Shown here piece after piece: positions 1 to 11,781 of a stretch of DNA of 64,000 bases. This DNA comes from Macrostomum hystrix (Eukaryota; Animalia; Platyhelminthes). Made by a program: the position numbers and the translations under genes. The stretch covers positions 4,650,001-4,714,000 of the forward strand of contig CATNEN010000007.1 of assembly GCA_950097015.1 (NCBI GenBank). Direction: 5' to 3'. How positions within the stretch are numbered: position 1 is the first letter of the stretch; each line of letters opens with the position of its first letter. The notes below the pieces were generated by a model. It was not told the origin of the DNA. It was given only the letters and a program-made list of their open reading frames with translations, and did not search any database.

Positions 1-287
1 TAGAATTTTGTTTGAATTCTTGCACTGAATTTCAGTGGTGATGCTGGTTTTCAGTTTATTTTGCAGCATGCAAAATAGACAGTTATCAGAGTTTAATCGG
101 TGCTGAACCCAGCAAGCAACTAATTACACAAATCCATGCACAATGTGAATTTGTCTCCAAATCTTCTACGCGCTAAAATATCAAGTTTTGTTTATTTCGA
201 CGCAGGAAATAAATGCTCTCTAGCAGGTTGTAAATCTGCATAACATTGTAGCCACTAAAGCATTGATTCAGCAGTTTAGATCTCGCT

Positions 288-1159
288 ATGGTCCACATCA
301 ATACTCACCTTTTGCTGCTAGTGTCTGCAGTGCTCGTGCACTCAATGGACTCAGTAAGCTATTGGGCAAGCAAGTGCACACCGTTTCAGAAGGCCTCTAA
401 AAATGAAATAATTTGTGTCGACTGTCCGCATCAGGGCCTGGCCTTGCCGAGGGGCGAGAGCTGCTACGGTGAGCGGGGTGTCTGCCTGTCCGTTCGGGGT
501 GTCTGCCCGTCCGTTTTTGGTGTCTGCCTGTCCGTTCAAGGTGTCTGTCTGCCTGCCTGTCTTTTCAGGGTGTCTACAATTTAAAGGTGTCTGTTTGTCT
601 GTTCTAGGTTTTCTGAGTGTGTCTGCCTCTCCGTACAGTCTGTTCTGGATATTATTCAGTCTGTGACTGCTGACGGTCCGGATGCCGAGGCTCACACTAT
701 CTGGCTGTTTCAGACTGGCTGCATATCAAGCGCTCGCTGTTCTGCCGGAGGGAGTATTTTGCCTGCCACCAGCGCTCCGACCTGGCCAGGTCGCATGACG
801 GCCAGCGATTCGAGCTGGCAAACAACTCTAGCGACACCGCGTTGGGCAGCTGGAATATGATGTTTATCTTCTCTAGCGCTGACAGGCCCCTGCAGGCAGA
901 ATACTTTCTGGTCTGGAAGAAGCAGGACTGCGCATTCAACGCCAGCGACTACGAGTTTGGCACGTTCAGCGGGCCGCGGACCAGCTTCAACTCGGAATGC
1001 TATCCGACAGACGAGGGCGAGTACGTCAGCGTGGTGTGCAAGTTTATGAACGGCCACGCATTCGGCATGGCGCCGAGGTCGAGAACATCGAAGCTGATCA
1101 GGGACTGCGACATCCCGGCTGAGGTGGAGGCGTTCGGCGAGAGGAAAGTCCCAGTCTAG
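288..1159 (+). CDS. Orphan secreted Cys-containing protein (~195-208 aa), 2-3 exons
   Basis: The ATG at 288 is followed by a hydrophobic signal-like stretch (HLLLLVSAVLVHS). A phase-1 donor TACG|GTGAGC (468/469) pairs with the acceptor TTTCAG|AC (713/714), joining ESCY to DWLHIKRSLFCRREYFACHQ..., which stays open to TAG at 1159. A possible extra in-frame 36-nt intron lies at 354-389. I recognise no family. Confidence 0.6.
476..630 (+). repeat. Degenerate ~21-bp intronic minisatellite (ggggtgtctgcctgtccgttc)
   Basis: About six diverged copies directly after the donor at 469. Confidence 0.8.
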
Positions 1160-1261
1160 CTGGGTGGGAAGGCTAAATTTTTCTCGGTGATTATATGCAA
1201 ACCGATTGCCAATTGATTTATTATGTGCTATCAAATCTAATAACCAAACTGAATTACTAAA

Positions 1262-1415
1262 CATTGGGTAAGGGTAAGGGAAATCAAGTTGGCGCGAGTC
1301 AATGCCCGCATGTACATTGGGTAAGAAAAATCAAAGTTGGTATGAGTCAGCGCGCGTATGTACATTGGGTAAGGAAAATCAAGTTGTGTGAGTGAGTGCC
1401 TGGATGTACAATAGT
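1262..1415. repeat. Degenerate copies of the gcatgtacattgggtaaggaaatc repeat family
   Basis: Three to four diverged units share the atgtacattgggtaagg core with the 46-bp array at 7430-7775. Confidence 0.65.
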
Positions 1416-1759
1416 AAGGAAACAAAGGGGATTGCGTTGACCTAATGTTAAATCGCACTTTCGGAAACTGAATTGTTTCATAAATTAAGTAGAAAAAATT
1501 TAAGCCCATCTTTGCAACCAAACATGATAATTTCAGTACCCATCATTCTGAAAGAATATGCTTTGCCTTAGTTTTAGTTCTTAATAAAATGAGAACACGG
1601 ATTTTTGTTATGCGCTAATAAAACGTTAAGTTGTCTCCTTATTAAAGCGCAAAGAAAGGATTCATTTTTAACTTTAATCACTATCTTTTCAGGAATCAAA
1701 ATATTTTGATTCTATGGCGCAAACAGAGGAGTGGCTGTGCCACTGGCTTTACATCAAGC

Positions 1760-1846
1760 CAAGGACTTCTATATAATAGCATAATATATATATAGTATAA
1801 TATAATATATAATCATATAATAGATGCTATTATATAGAAGTCCTTG
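1760..1846. mobile_element. 87-bp micro-MITE with 23-bp perfect TIRs and 7-bp TSD (P-superfamily-like ends)
   Basis: CAAGGACTTCTATATAATAGCAT (1760-1782) and its exact reverse complement (1824-1846) are flanked on both sides by ATCAAGC (1753-1759 and 1847-1853). The interior is AT-only apart from a few bases. Confidence 0.85.
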
Positions 1847-2133
1847 ATCAAGCCCTTTGGTGTCATTTCTTTGCTTTGGCATTTTTCGCCATAGACAAAA
1901 CCCTGACAGCCCCCGCATAGATAAGAAGTGATGCTTGCCAACTCTGAGTGAAAAGTCTGAGTTTTATGTTTTCATTTTTATTAATGGCTGGTAAAATATC
2001 TGAAATACATAGCCAATTACGGAGCTTTTGAAACTGCAATGTGACTAAGCTACAGCAGCAGCTACTACACCAGACAGAGATAGGAAAATACTTCAAACAG
2101 AAACTACGGCGGCGGCCATCAATTTAGAAACAC

Positions 2134-2550
2134 ATGGAAGCCACAGAGATTGCTCTGATTGCAGTCACGGCTGCATTCTTGATCACCCTGATACTCACTA
2201 CCGTGCTTACTATAGGAGTGCTGCACCAACACGTTTGGCCGAAGCAGGACCACGGGACCTCATGCGATAAGCGCAAGCCGCTGCAGCGATTCTCCACGAG
2301 GATGTCGATAGAAGACTTCCAGAGCCGGAGCGCCAACAACCCCAGCAAGGTGCCGTCAGACAACTCTACGGCTGAACAAGATGACCAAGCGAGACAGCAG
2401 GGCGTCCCAAGAGACGGATTTAAGTTCTTAGATGAGACTGTGAGTTTGCAACATTCAAGCGGACCTGAGCAGCAACAGCAGCAGCAGGCGCAGCAGCCGG
2501 GGCCAAGCGCCGAAGTTGACTGCGGAGGTCTGTCAGCGGCTGCCAAGTGA
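2134..2550 (+). CDS. Small single-pass membrane protein (138 aa), unknown family
   Basis: ATG-initiated ORF with an N-terminal hydrophobic helix (IALIAVTAAFLITLILTTVLTIGVL) and a polar, Q-rich tail. It is GC-rich relative to its flanks, and the acceptor-like AATTTAG ends 6 nt upstream of the ATG. Confidence 0.6.
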   Translation: MEATEIALIAVTAAFLITLILTTVLTIGVLHQHVWPKQDHGTSCDKRKPLQRFSTRMSIEDFQSRSANNPSKVPSDNSTAEQDDQARQQGVPRDGFKFLDETVSLQHSSGPEQQQQQQAQQPGPSAEVDCGGLSAAAK

Positions 2551-3781
2551 CTGTCTGCTTTCCGGCCCGAACAAAAGTTTCTAATTTGTTCATTCGTTAA
2601 CATTTATCATTTGTTATTCTTCCATCTTAGTGAATGCGGTTCGCTTGAGAACGCCAGCTGTTTCCTCCTAATTGCCAATTTGGGTAGCTGAGAACCGACG
2701 CCTTGTTTTATTGTCCAGAGTCCGACAGTTCCTCGCGACTCGAATTTTGTTAACTCGGTTTCTAGTTTTTCATTGGCCTACAAGTTCTGTGCAAAAGCAA
2801 AACAAAAGGAGTGTGTTTTGCCACTCCTTTTGTTGGGCATATTCTTGGTTTTAAAGTGCTTTTCTCTACGTCACTTTATTGAAAGAAGCGATTGCCAAGC
2901 AATCGATCGATAATCTGTCAGTAAACCCATCGATGTACTGAAAGAGTAATAGAGAATGGATCAATAAACTGAGTATGTCAAGCGACACTCCCTCACACAA
3001 AATCCTTAGCCCGAACTAACGAATCTTCAGACATACTGAAGATGGGATAACTGTTTTGCTTGATGTTTGCTGTTTAAAAAAATTTCAAATTTTGTCAGAC
3101 AAGGGCTGTGACAAAAAACTTTGTTTCGCTTAAATTTTTTAAAGTGCAAAACTAGTTTTTTCAGTGCTTATAATTAATAATTAAGCCAAATGAGTTTGTC
3201 CACTTTGAGTCTATCGATTCAGCTAGGTTGCCATGTGAGCCTATTTGAAGAATATCTACTCAAGCGCCCAGCAGGAGCAACCATTATCTGCAACCATTGG
3301 CCAAGCCGGGTGTCAAGTGGTTTGCCTGCCTGGTCGTTGTGCATGGCAAAAGTTTAAGTTGCGAAAATCCTGTAATATCCTGGAATAGGTATTATAAGTC
3401 CCTCAAAATAAAAATATGCGTCAATTAACCTTCTGAAAACTGGCTTTAAAGTGGTCTAACCTACTAAAATCAACTAATGGCGGGTTTAACGTGGCTTTTC
3501 TTCTCAGTAGGATGTCCTCATTTTGAAAGTCTATGGCCAAACTTCATATAACTGGTATATAATTATACGATATAACTGGCTTCATAACGAGGCCAATTAT
3601 ACGAATCAGTTGTATTTCAGGCTTTTTCAGCAGAATTTAACGATGTCCATAGCAGACTTGATTTCTTGATCAAAGCTCTTCTCTTCTCTCTTCTCTTCGC
3701 CTCGCGCCATAATTGCTTTCATTAGGTTAAATTCCTATAATTTATGATTTAAACGCAGATAATTTAAACGCTAAATTGAGG

Positions 3782-4088
3782 GAACGAAGCAAAAAATGCA
3801 CACCATATTTGCAACGGTCAGCTTTTTTTACCATAGACTTAAGATCCGTAGTACTTTTACAAAACAGGGTATACTAAGTATATTATAATACCCGCCAAAA
3901 TTTTGTCTGTGGTCGAAAGTCCTCAGCCACAGTTATCAGGCCACAGAACTTTCTTTTCCACAGACTAAATTTTGGCGGGTATTATAATATACTTAGTATA
4001 CCCTGTTTTGTAAAAGTACTACGGATCTTAATTCTATGGTAAAAAAAGCTGACCGTTGCAAATATGGTGTGCATTTTTTGCTTCGTTC
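3782..4088. mobile_element. Foldback / MITE-like long inverted repeat
   Basis: Arms of 131 bp (3782-3912 and 3958-4088) are near-perfect reverse complements with only a few mismatches seen, around a 45-bp spacer. No convincing TSD. Confidence 0.8.
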
Positions 4089-4089
4089 G

Positions 4090-5608
4090 AGTCCTAGGTG
4101 CTTACATGCGGCCCTGAAGAGTCCTGGGTGCTTACATGCGGCCCTGAAGAGTCCTGGGTGCTTACATGCGGCCCTGAAGAGTCCTAGGTGCTTACATGCG
4201 GTCCTGAAGAGTCCTGGGTGCTTACATGCGGCCCTGAAGAGTCCTGGGTGCTTACATGCGGCCCTGAAGAGTCCTGGGTGCTTACATGCGGTCCTGAAGA
4301 GTCCTGGGTGCTTACATGCGGCCCTGAAGAGTCCTGGGTGCTTACATGCGGCCCTGAAGAGTCCTGGGTGCTTACATGCGGCCCTGAAGAGTCCTGGGTG
4401 CTTACATGCGGCCCTGAAGAGTCCTGGGTGCTTACATGCGGCCCTGAAGAGTCATGGGTAGCAGCCCTGAAGCGTCATGGGTAGCAGCCCTGAAGAGTCG
4501 TGGGTAGCAGCCCTGAAGAGTCGTGGGTAGCAGCCCTGAAGAGTCGTGGGTAGCAGCCCTGAAGAGTCTTAGGTAGCAGCCCTGAAGAGTCGTGGATAGC
4601 GGCCCTGAAGAGTCGTGGGTAGCTGCCCTGAAGAGTCGTGGATAGCGGCCCTGAAGAGTCGTGGGTAGCTGCCCTGAAGAGTCGTGGGTAGCGGCCCTGA
4701 AGAGTCGTGGGTAGCAGCCCTGAAGAGTCGTGGGTAGCAGCCCTGAAGAGTCGTGGGTAGCTGCCCTGAAGAGTCGTGGGTAGCGGCCCTGAAGAGTCGT
4801 GGGTAGCGGCCCTGAAGAGTCATGGGTAGCAGCCCTGAAGAGTCATGGGTAGCGGCCCTGAAGAGTCGTGGGTAGCAGCCCTGAAGAGTCATGGGTAGCG
4901 GCCCTGAAGAGTCGTGGGTAGCAGCCCTGAAGAGTCGTGGATAGCGGCCCTGAAGAGTCCTAGGTGCTTACATGCGGCCCTGAAGAGTCGTGGATAGCGG
5001 CCCTGAAGAGTCGTGGGTAGCTGCCCTGAAGAGTCGTGGATAGCGGCCCTGAAGAGTCGTGGGTAGCTGCCCTGAAGAGTCGTGGGTAGCGGCCCTGAAG
5101 AGTCGTGGGTAGCAGCCCTGAAGAGTCGTGGGTAGCAGCCCTGAAGAGTCGTGGGTAGCAGCCCTGAAGAGTCGTGGGTAGCAGCCCTGAAGAGTCATGG
5201 GTAGCTGCCCTGAAGAGTCGTGGGTAGCAGCCCTGAAGAGTCATGGGTAGCGGCCCTGAAGAGTCGTGGGTAGCAGCCCTGAAGAGTCATGGGTAGCGGC
5301 CCTGAAGAGTCGTGGGTAGCAGCCCTGAAGAGTCATGGGTAGCTGCCCTGAAGAGTCATGGGTAGCAGCCCTGAAGAGTCATGGGTAGCGGCCCTGAAGA
5401 GTCGTGGGTAGCAGCCCTGAAGAGTCGTGGGTAGCGGCCCTGAAGAGTCGTGGGTAGCAGCCCTGAAGAGTCGTGGGTAGCAGCCCTGAAGAGTCGTGGG
5501 TAGCAGCCCTGAAGAGTCGTGGGTAGCAGCCCTGAAGAGTCGTGGGTAGCGGCCCTGAAGAGTCGTGGGTAGCGGCCCTGAAGAGTCATGGGTAGCAGCC
5601 CTGAAGAG
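4090..5608. repeat. Compound minisatellite: 30-bp units (4090-4455) then 23-bp units (4456-5608)
   Basis: About 12 copies of gggtgcttacatgcggccctgaagagtcct, then about 50 copies of gggtagcagccctgaagagtcgt. Both share the gccctgaagagtc core. Confidence 0.95.
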
Positions 5609-5683
5609 CGGTGAGAGCAAGGCAATTTACAGATTTGTAGATAACATTTTGTTCTATCATTTGTTCTTGCGTTAGTTAAAATA

Positions 5684-5815
5684 TAAAATGGGTACCAGCA
5701 TTAGCTAGGGTAATTAAGAGAGGATGTGGCGTCCAACCAGTCCATGGACTGAACAACCGTAAGCAGCCTTCGGATGCGCCGCGCAATAGCTGCTGGCTGT
5801 ACATCTGGCCCAACT
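5684..5815 (+). mobile_element. SINE family 1, 5'-truncated copy
   Basis: aaatgggtaccagcattagct...cagtccatggactgaac...gatgcgccgcgcaatagctgc matches the copies at 17.4, 43.1 and 52.3 kb. Confidence 0.8.
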
Positions 5816-6600
5816 GGAGTGGGTGTAGTTAATCATCCTTTTTTTATTGAATGAAGCAAACATTTTGCTGGAATATTTTATTAGAAACGTTAACATTGCG
5901 CAATTTTCATTTAACACATTGTTACGGTAAATGTCTACGTTCTTGCATTAGCTGTTCGCTAAATGGATAAATGAAGAATCAATAACTTCTACTTTTCTAA
6001 CGAGGGTACTAATAACGGAAAGAAAGCAAGAAACATAAGCTAGTAAAAATACTTTGGCGATAATTGAGGCGGCTCAGCGATCAATTTGCCCCATTGGCTA
6101 CAGAAGTAACGTATATAATATCAGTGTGCCGTGTGTACATTTTCGAATAAAATAATCGAAGAAAGCAGAACTAAAATGAAACATCTGAGTACAATCCTGA
6201 TATTTGTGAGTATGGTCTCAATTTATAAAAAAAAATAATGGACATAGAAGGTTTAAAACAGATTCATAAAACAATGTCCAAGCAAAAAGAATAGCAGGAT
6301 CTAAAAGTACATCAAGAAAAGGCTTTTTGGATTAGAGCTATGTTATTATTAGTGTCTAGTGAGCTACCGCATAATTTTTTATTTAAAAAATTTCTTTAAA
6401 ACATTTCTGCAAATAACACTCATAATGTAGGAATTATTATGGGCTTGGATGTTAAATATTAAGGAATAATTAGGGAATAATTGGAGAGCAGATTAAAAAA
6501 CAAATAAAGGGAGAAATTTTTGTGTTTTAATCACTTAAGCTTTTTAAATATGCGAACTGTTAAGCTTCATTCTTAGAGATGTTTTCTGAGCCAATCAGAA

Positions 6601-9600
6601 TCACTTCCTTCGAGAGGCGCCGGCGCCAACAGCAGCTCCACCTGTCGCAGGTCGACTAGCGGAGGCGGCGCGCGGCTTCGAAGGCGGCGCCGCTGTCTTT
6701 GATCTCGCGCCGCCGCTGCCGCGACTCCGACTGCGCGTTTTTTTACTTGCCGCGGTCTTCGGTGACGCGGCCGGTTCTGAAAATTGTGAATTTGGTGCGT
6801 AAGTACTACTGATGCGGGCGTCTTGTGAGTAGTATAATTAGAATGAGACACACCATATGGAGAGGCAACTGGCGGCTTTCCAGTTGACCTGGCGGGAATT
6901 CCACGAGTTCCACCGCCTGCGGCAGCCTGCGGAAAGGTTAGGGAGTCCGGTTTCGTACACAGCGAGTATAACTGTGCTCTAGCCTTCTCCTTAAATATAT
7001 TAAAGCTTAATTTTCATTCTTCTTTTTCACTTTAATCGTAAATTAATTATTGAGACGATGGTTAATTAATAAAGGGATCAAATGACACCCATACCATTTT
7101 TATTAAGTTAATACCATTTACCATTTTTTTATTGAAGCAATAGACAGATAAATAAGATGTTCAAGGAATGTGGCCAAGTTTTAGTGTTTAGGTGAGTGGT
7201 AAGTATCTTCATTAACAGTGCTCATTTTAACATCTGGTTAGTTTGGAAATTTTATTGCGCTGGATAAATTGCATGAAAAATTCGTATGGAAAATCTGGGT
7301 GGCGTGCGATTGGTGCATGCATGTAGATTGGGTAAGAGAAATCAGCATTGCTTTGCTGAAGGTCTGGATCAGGGGCTACTAAATACTCTAGTAGTATGTA
7401 AATTAATGTAATAAATGTAAATATTTACCCGCATGTAAATTGGGAAATGAAACCAGGGGGTGAGCGCCTAGTGCCTGCATGTACATGGGGTAAGGAAACC
7501 ACGGGGTGTGTGCCTAGTGCCCGCATGTACATGGGGTAAGGAAATCAGGGGGTGAGCACCTAGTGCTCGCATGTACATGGGGTAAGGAAACCAGGGGGTG
7601 AGCACCTAGTGCTCGCATGTACATGGGGTAAGGAAACCAGGGGGTGAGCACCTAGTGCTCGCATGTACATGGGGTAAGGAAACCACGGGGTGTGCGCCAA
7701 GTGCCCGCATGTACATTGGGTATCGAAACCAGGGGGTGAGCGCCAGTGCCGGCATGTACATTGGGAAAGGAAAACCAGGTTGGCCTAATTTTCTATGCAG
7801 AATCACTTTTTACGAAAAGAAATCATTTGTACACAACAAACCGAAAAGTTAACTTCTTCTTTCCATCGGATTGCACAAAAAGGAAAATGCTAGCACTGAC
7901 AAAACAAAAAACCACAATTAGTACTCAACCAAGGCCCACTGACCAAACAAAATTACAGACAACAAAACTAATATGTGAAGAAATACATCATAGATTAGTA
8001 ATTTTTGGGTTTAGTAGCCAGTGCTTCGGAGCCAGAGCTGTTAAAATAAAAAAGAATAAATAAACTGGGAGGTGATCATGCAGTACATTTAAAGCAGATC
8101 AGATCAGCGCGTGAGCAGAGGAACCGTGAGAGCTGTGCACGGAGCTTTGGATACCTCACGCCATGCATGACATCCTCAACACGAAGGATTCATTTCTGCA
8201 GCTTGGCGATGGCTCATTCAGGTGTTGCACCTAGCGTTTTTCCTGCCTGGGACAAGTACAAATAGCGAAATATGGGTGATTATAATGGCTTTTTCCGAAT
8301 AAGTGCACGAATTTTATTCGATGTTGCGATCCAATCATGAGGTCCTGATTTTACAAAGTGATTTATTTGCAGTCCAGTTGGCAGTCATGCCAAATGCATT
8401 TTAGGTGTGCTTGACGGCTGGCGAAATCACCATACATACCTTTTTGATGCATTCCATAAAGAAGTTGTTAGAATCGAAAGCGCAGAGAAATACGAGTATA
8501 ATACATAATAATAATAATAGTATTTGCAGGGCGACTGCGGGCCATGGTAAATAGTTTGGTGACACTAGACCCGCAGCCAGCGAGGAGGCAATTCTGCCCA
8601 TTCCGCTGACTCCTGAGCACACACGCACACAGACACCGTACGCAGGCACACACACACAGGTGTGTACATCTGCCCTGACTTTATCATCGTCAGACAGTGT
8701 ACACTTCACTGTGCCTTGGAGGTTGGCCCTGAAGGGTGTAAATTGCTTGACAATTCCATAAGCCTTCCCTCCTCGGCTGCGCCCGAAATTAATGTGGCCT
8801 CGCCGCGGAATCGAGCTCAGGGACCTTGGTGCGAAGCTGAGACCTAGGAACAAAGAAAACGCTTTAAACCGCTCACCCCAACTCATTATAGATGTATGTA
8901 GCAACCAAAACGTTGATTTCTTTATTTCAAAATCTAATTTCGAAAACATTTTAACACAATTTTTTAGATTTCTTCCCTCAGAGAAGCTTCTTTAAATCTA
9001 CAAAATTACCAATTCGTACGCTGAAAACTTTATTTCTACTTCGTATAATGACAAATCGGTTTGACACTCACGAGACCCCTGCGAGTGCAGGCCTCGCCCT
9101 TCATCAGCAGCCCGGAGCCCTGCATCAGCGCCGGCCAGATGTGATGCGACACATTGCTGGCTGAGAACTCCGAGTCGTGACTCCGACGATACCTGTTAGC
9201 CAGAGGTGGGTTCAACGAAGATTGCCAATCAGCAGATCTATCGCAAATTCACTGTATGGACTTGAGTTCGCCCAAACCTGTAGTCATCAAACAGCTCGCC
9301 ATCGTATCCAACAGCCACATCGAGAGGATGCGCCAGGCTTGTCATCTCCCAGGCGATGCGGCAGCACTCGGTCACGAACGGAGCGATGACGTCATAGGAG
9401 ATGCCGGGCGGCAGGTAGAGCCGCGAATTGCGGCTCAGGCAGAGAAGAACATCCTTGAATGTGTTCAAGGCGTTTTTCGGTTTCGATTCAACGCAAGTTC
9501 TAACAATCCCACGGGCCTCACCTGCACCAAAGCTTGCAACTCGTTCATGTCTGTGTGGCAGTTGATGAAGTCCTGCACAGCCTCCTCCAGGGTGTCTGGG

Positions 9601-11781
9601 CCAACCCGACGGGCGAGCAGGTGCGACCGAACGCGGGCCTTGAAGGCGCGGATGGCCACTTTGGCAGCGTTGAATGACTCCTGGGGAGGGAAGAGTGGTC
9701 TGAATGCAGCGGGATACGCTTAGTACTTTTAATGTTTCGATTAGATTACTCACAACAACAGCAGCATAGACGATTCTCTGATTATTCTCGTGGTCGTCAT
9801 AGCAACAGCGCAGGGCCTCCATTGCCTCGGCTCGATTCGAGGTAAAGGCCTCGTTGAATCGAGCGATCAGGTGTTGCTGGCGCGACTGTTGCCACGGATG
9901 GCTCAATGCGAGGGGCGACTGTTCACCAAGGAAGGGTCCTCGCTGGGCTAGGTGCTGGTCCACTGTGACCAATAAAGCCCTGCGAAGGGGTTTCCCGAGT
10001 CTATTTTTAGGCTTCTTCGTGACCTTGAAAAATATCTAGTCGCGTAAGTGACCATAAAAATAAGTCAGAGTTTCCGCTTACTCATACCCCCAGGTGTGTT
10101 TTCCTTTTTTCTTTCTTGAACAGCAATTTTCTGTTCACTTTTACGTACATGAGAAATATAAACTTGAATTTCACAATGCCTTCGAGCCAAAATCTCAGTC
10201 ACAAGTATGTAGCTTATACAGCTCACCCATCCGTGATTGGTGCCTGTCGTTGAACGCCACCACTCGTCGTTCTAACGCGTGACCTTGACTGCTGTGGCTG
10301 CTGCTGCTGCTGCTGTTGTTGTTGCTGTTGCAGCTTTTCTTGTTTCTGCTGCTCTTGCCGCTGTTTCTGCTGCAAAGCTGTGACATCCTCCCGAAGGCGC
10401 TGAACCTGCCTGTCATAGCCATCAAGCAGTCGAACTCGAGCCCTCAGACGATCATTCTCGGCCTCCGAGTTCGTCAACCTGAACCAAGGAAAGTAAATGT
10501 TAAAATTGTACGCGCTGATATATTTTCTAGATTAAATATTCCCAGGATTTTTTACAGTCCGAAAAAAGTTTTACCTGGCGGTAAGCTCCCTGATCTCGGT
10601 GTCGGCAAGCATCTTCTCCCCGACCGACACCCTCGCCTGCCTTTCCAACTCTGCTCTGGCCTCCAGGAGTCTGGAAAAAAACTAGAAATATTTGCACTCC
10701 TTTCTACTATTAGTAGACGAAGCTGCGCGGCACTCACTGAGCCCGAATGCCATCGTTGGCGCGTCGCATCAGTCGTAGATCGTGCTCGAGGTCGTCCAAC
10801 GCCGGCCCGCAACTTTCATCTTCGTCTCCAGAGAAAGCCTCAACGACTGGTCGTCGGCGCTGCTTGCCCGCGTTGGCGATGACGCTCAAAGCCGCATTGG
10901 CACTGAGGCAGCCACCGGTGACGTCAACATCTTCGTCGGCTGCAGAGTTAGGATCAAAGAAATCGCGACCAAGCAGGGGCTGCAGTCGAGCCCGAATGGC
11001 AGCTGGGTGGGCGCCCAGCAGATCACCTTTGATACCAACAAATTTTTTTGCATTAAACAAGTTGTGTCCCTCTTAACGTGTTTTTTGGACGCTAAACCTA
11101 AATGTTTACATATAATTTTTAACAGCTTCTCACCTTCGGCTGCGCATAAGCTCAGCAGTTTGAAAAGCTGGCTCTGTACCCGCGCATTTAGCTCAATCAG
11201 CTCGCAGGCATTCGCCAGATTTTCTTCGTTCGAATTTCGCTGAGGAAAATTTGTTGAAGTTGCATAGGCTTTTTGTTCTTGTAATTAAACATAGTTGATA
11301 CAAAAAATTAACGATTTACAAAATATCGAATAACAACGCAGAACGGAATAAAAAATTCTACACAACACTTTTTTACGAATAAATTATAGAGAAGAAATAT
11401 TGTCTTAATTTAATAAACATTTCGCTCACAGAATCGTTCGTCGTTAGTTTATTATTTTAATGATTTTTACAATAGACTTTATTGCTAAGATCGTTATGTG
11501 TTGTCATAAAAATATCTTGCTTCTCTTGCTATGTTGTCAATACTCTGCCAAGTATATATTGTTATAAAATTATGCTATACCAAGTTTCTTTGGTCATACC
11601 TCTACCTTTGTAAATTATAGACTGGTTTAAACTGTAGGATTTCTTTACTTTAAGTTTTTATTGTTAATTATTAATAAATCGTCTTCGCAATTACCTTGTA
11701 TATCTGATTCCACCTTTCCAACCGATCTTGCAGCAGTGAAAACGAACCAATCGTTGCTAGCTTTCGTAAATATTCAGCCAT
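6601..11781 (-). CDS. SPATA18: Mitochondria-eating protein (MIEAP) orthologue, 11 exons, ~586 aa
   Basis: Exons 11695-11781, 11134-11239, 10738-11026, 10575-10670, 10227-10478, 9754-9979, 9522-9680, 9278-9453, 9072-9192, 6854-6926 and 6601-6776 are all GT-AG with consistent phases. The N-terminus MAEYLRKLATIGSFSLLQDRLERW...ELIELNARVQSQLFKLL and the C-terminal domain ESFNAAKVAIRAFK...ECCRIAWEM...YRRSHDSEFSA...HIWPALM...KGEACTRRG match MIEAP as I recall it. Confidence 0.92.
7430..7775. repeat. 46-bp minisatellite in SPATA18 intron 9
   Basis: About seven copies of gcatgtacatggggtaaggaaaccagggggtgagcacctagtgctc. Confidence 0.9.
8505..8885 (-). mobile_element. tRNA-derived SINE family 2 (in SPATA18 intron 9)
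   Basis: The minus strand has a tRNA-like head (TGGGGTGAGCGG A-box-like, GCTCGATTCC B-box-like) and a body closely similar to 46245-46593. It ends in CGCCCTGCAAATA plus an (ATT)n tail. Confidence 0.75.

Noticed and set aside
4090-5608. CRISPR-like regular array (also 20257-21169 and 30125-30715)
   Set aside because: Units are head-to-tail with no unique spacers, there are no cas genes, and the context is eukaryotic.
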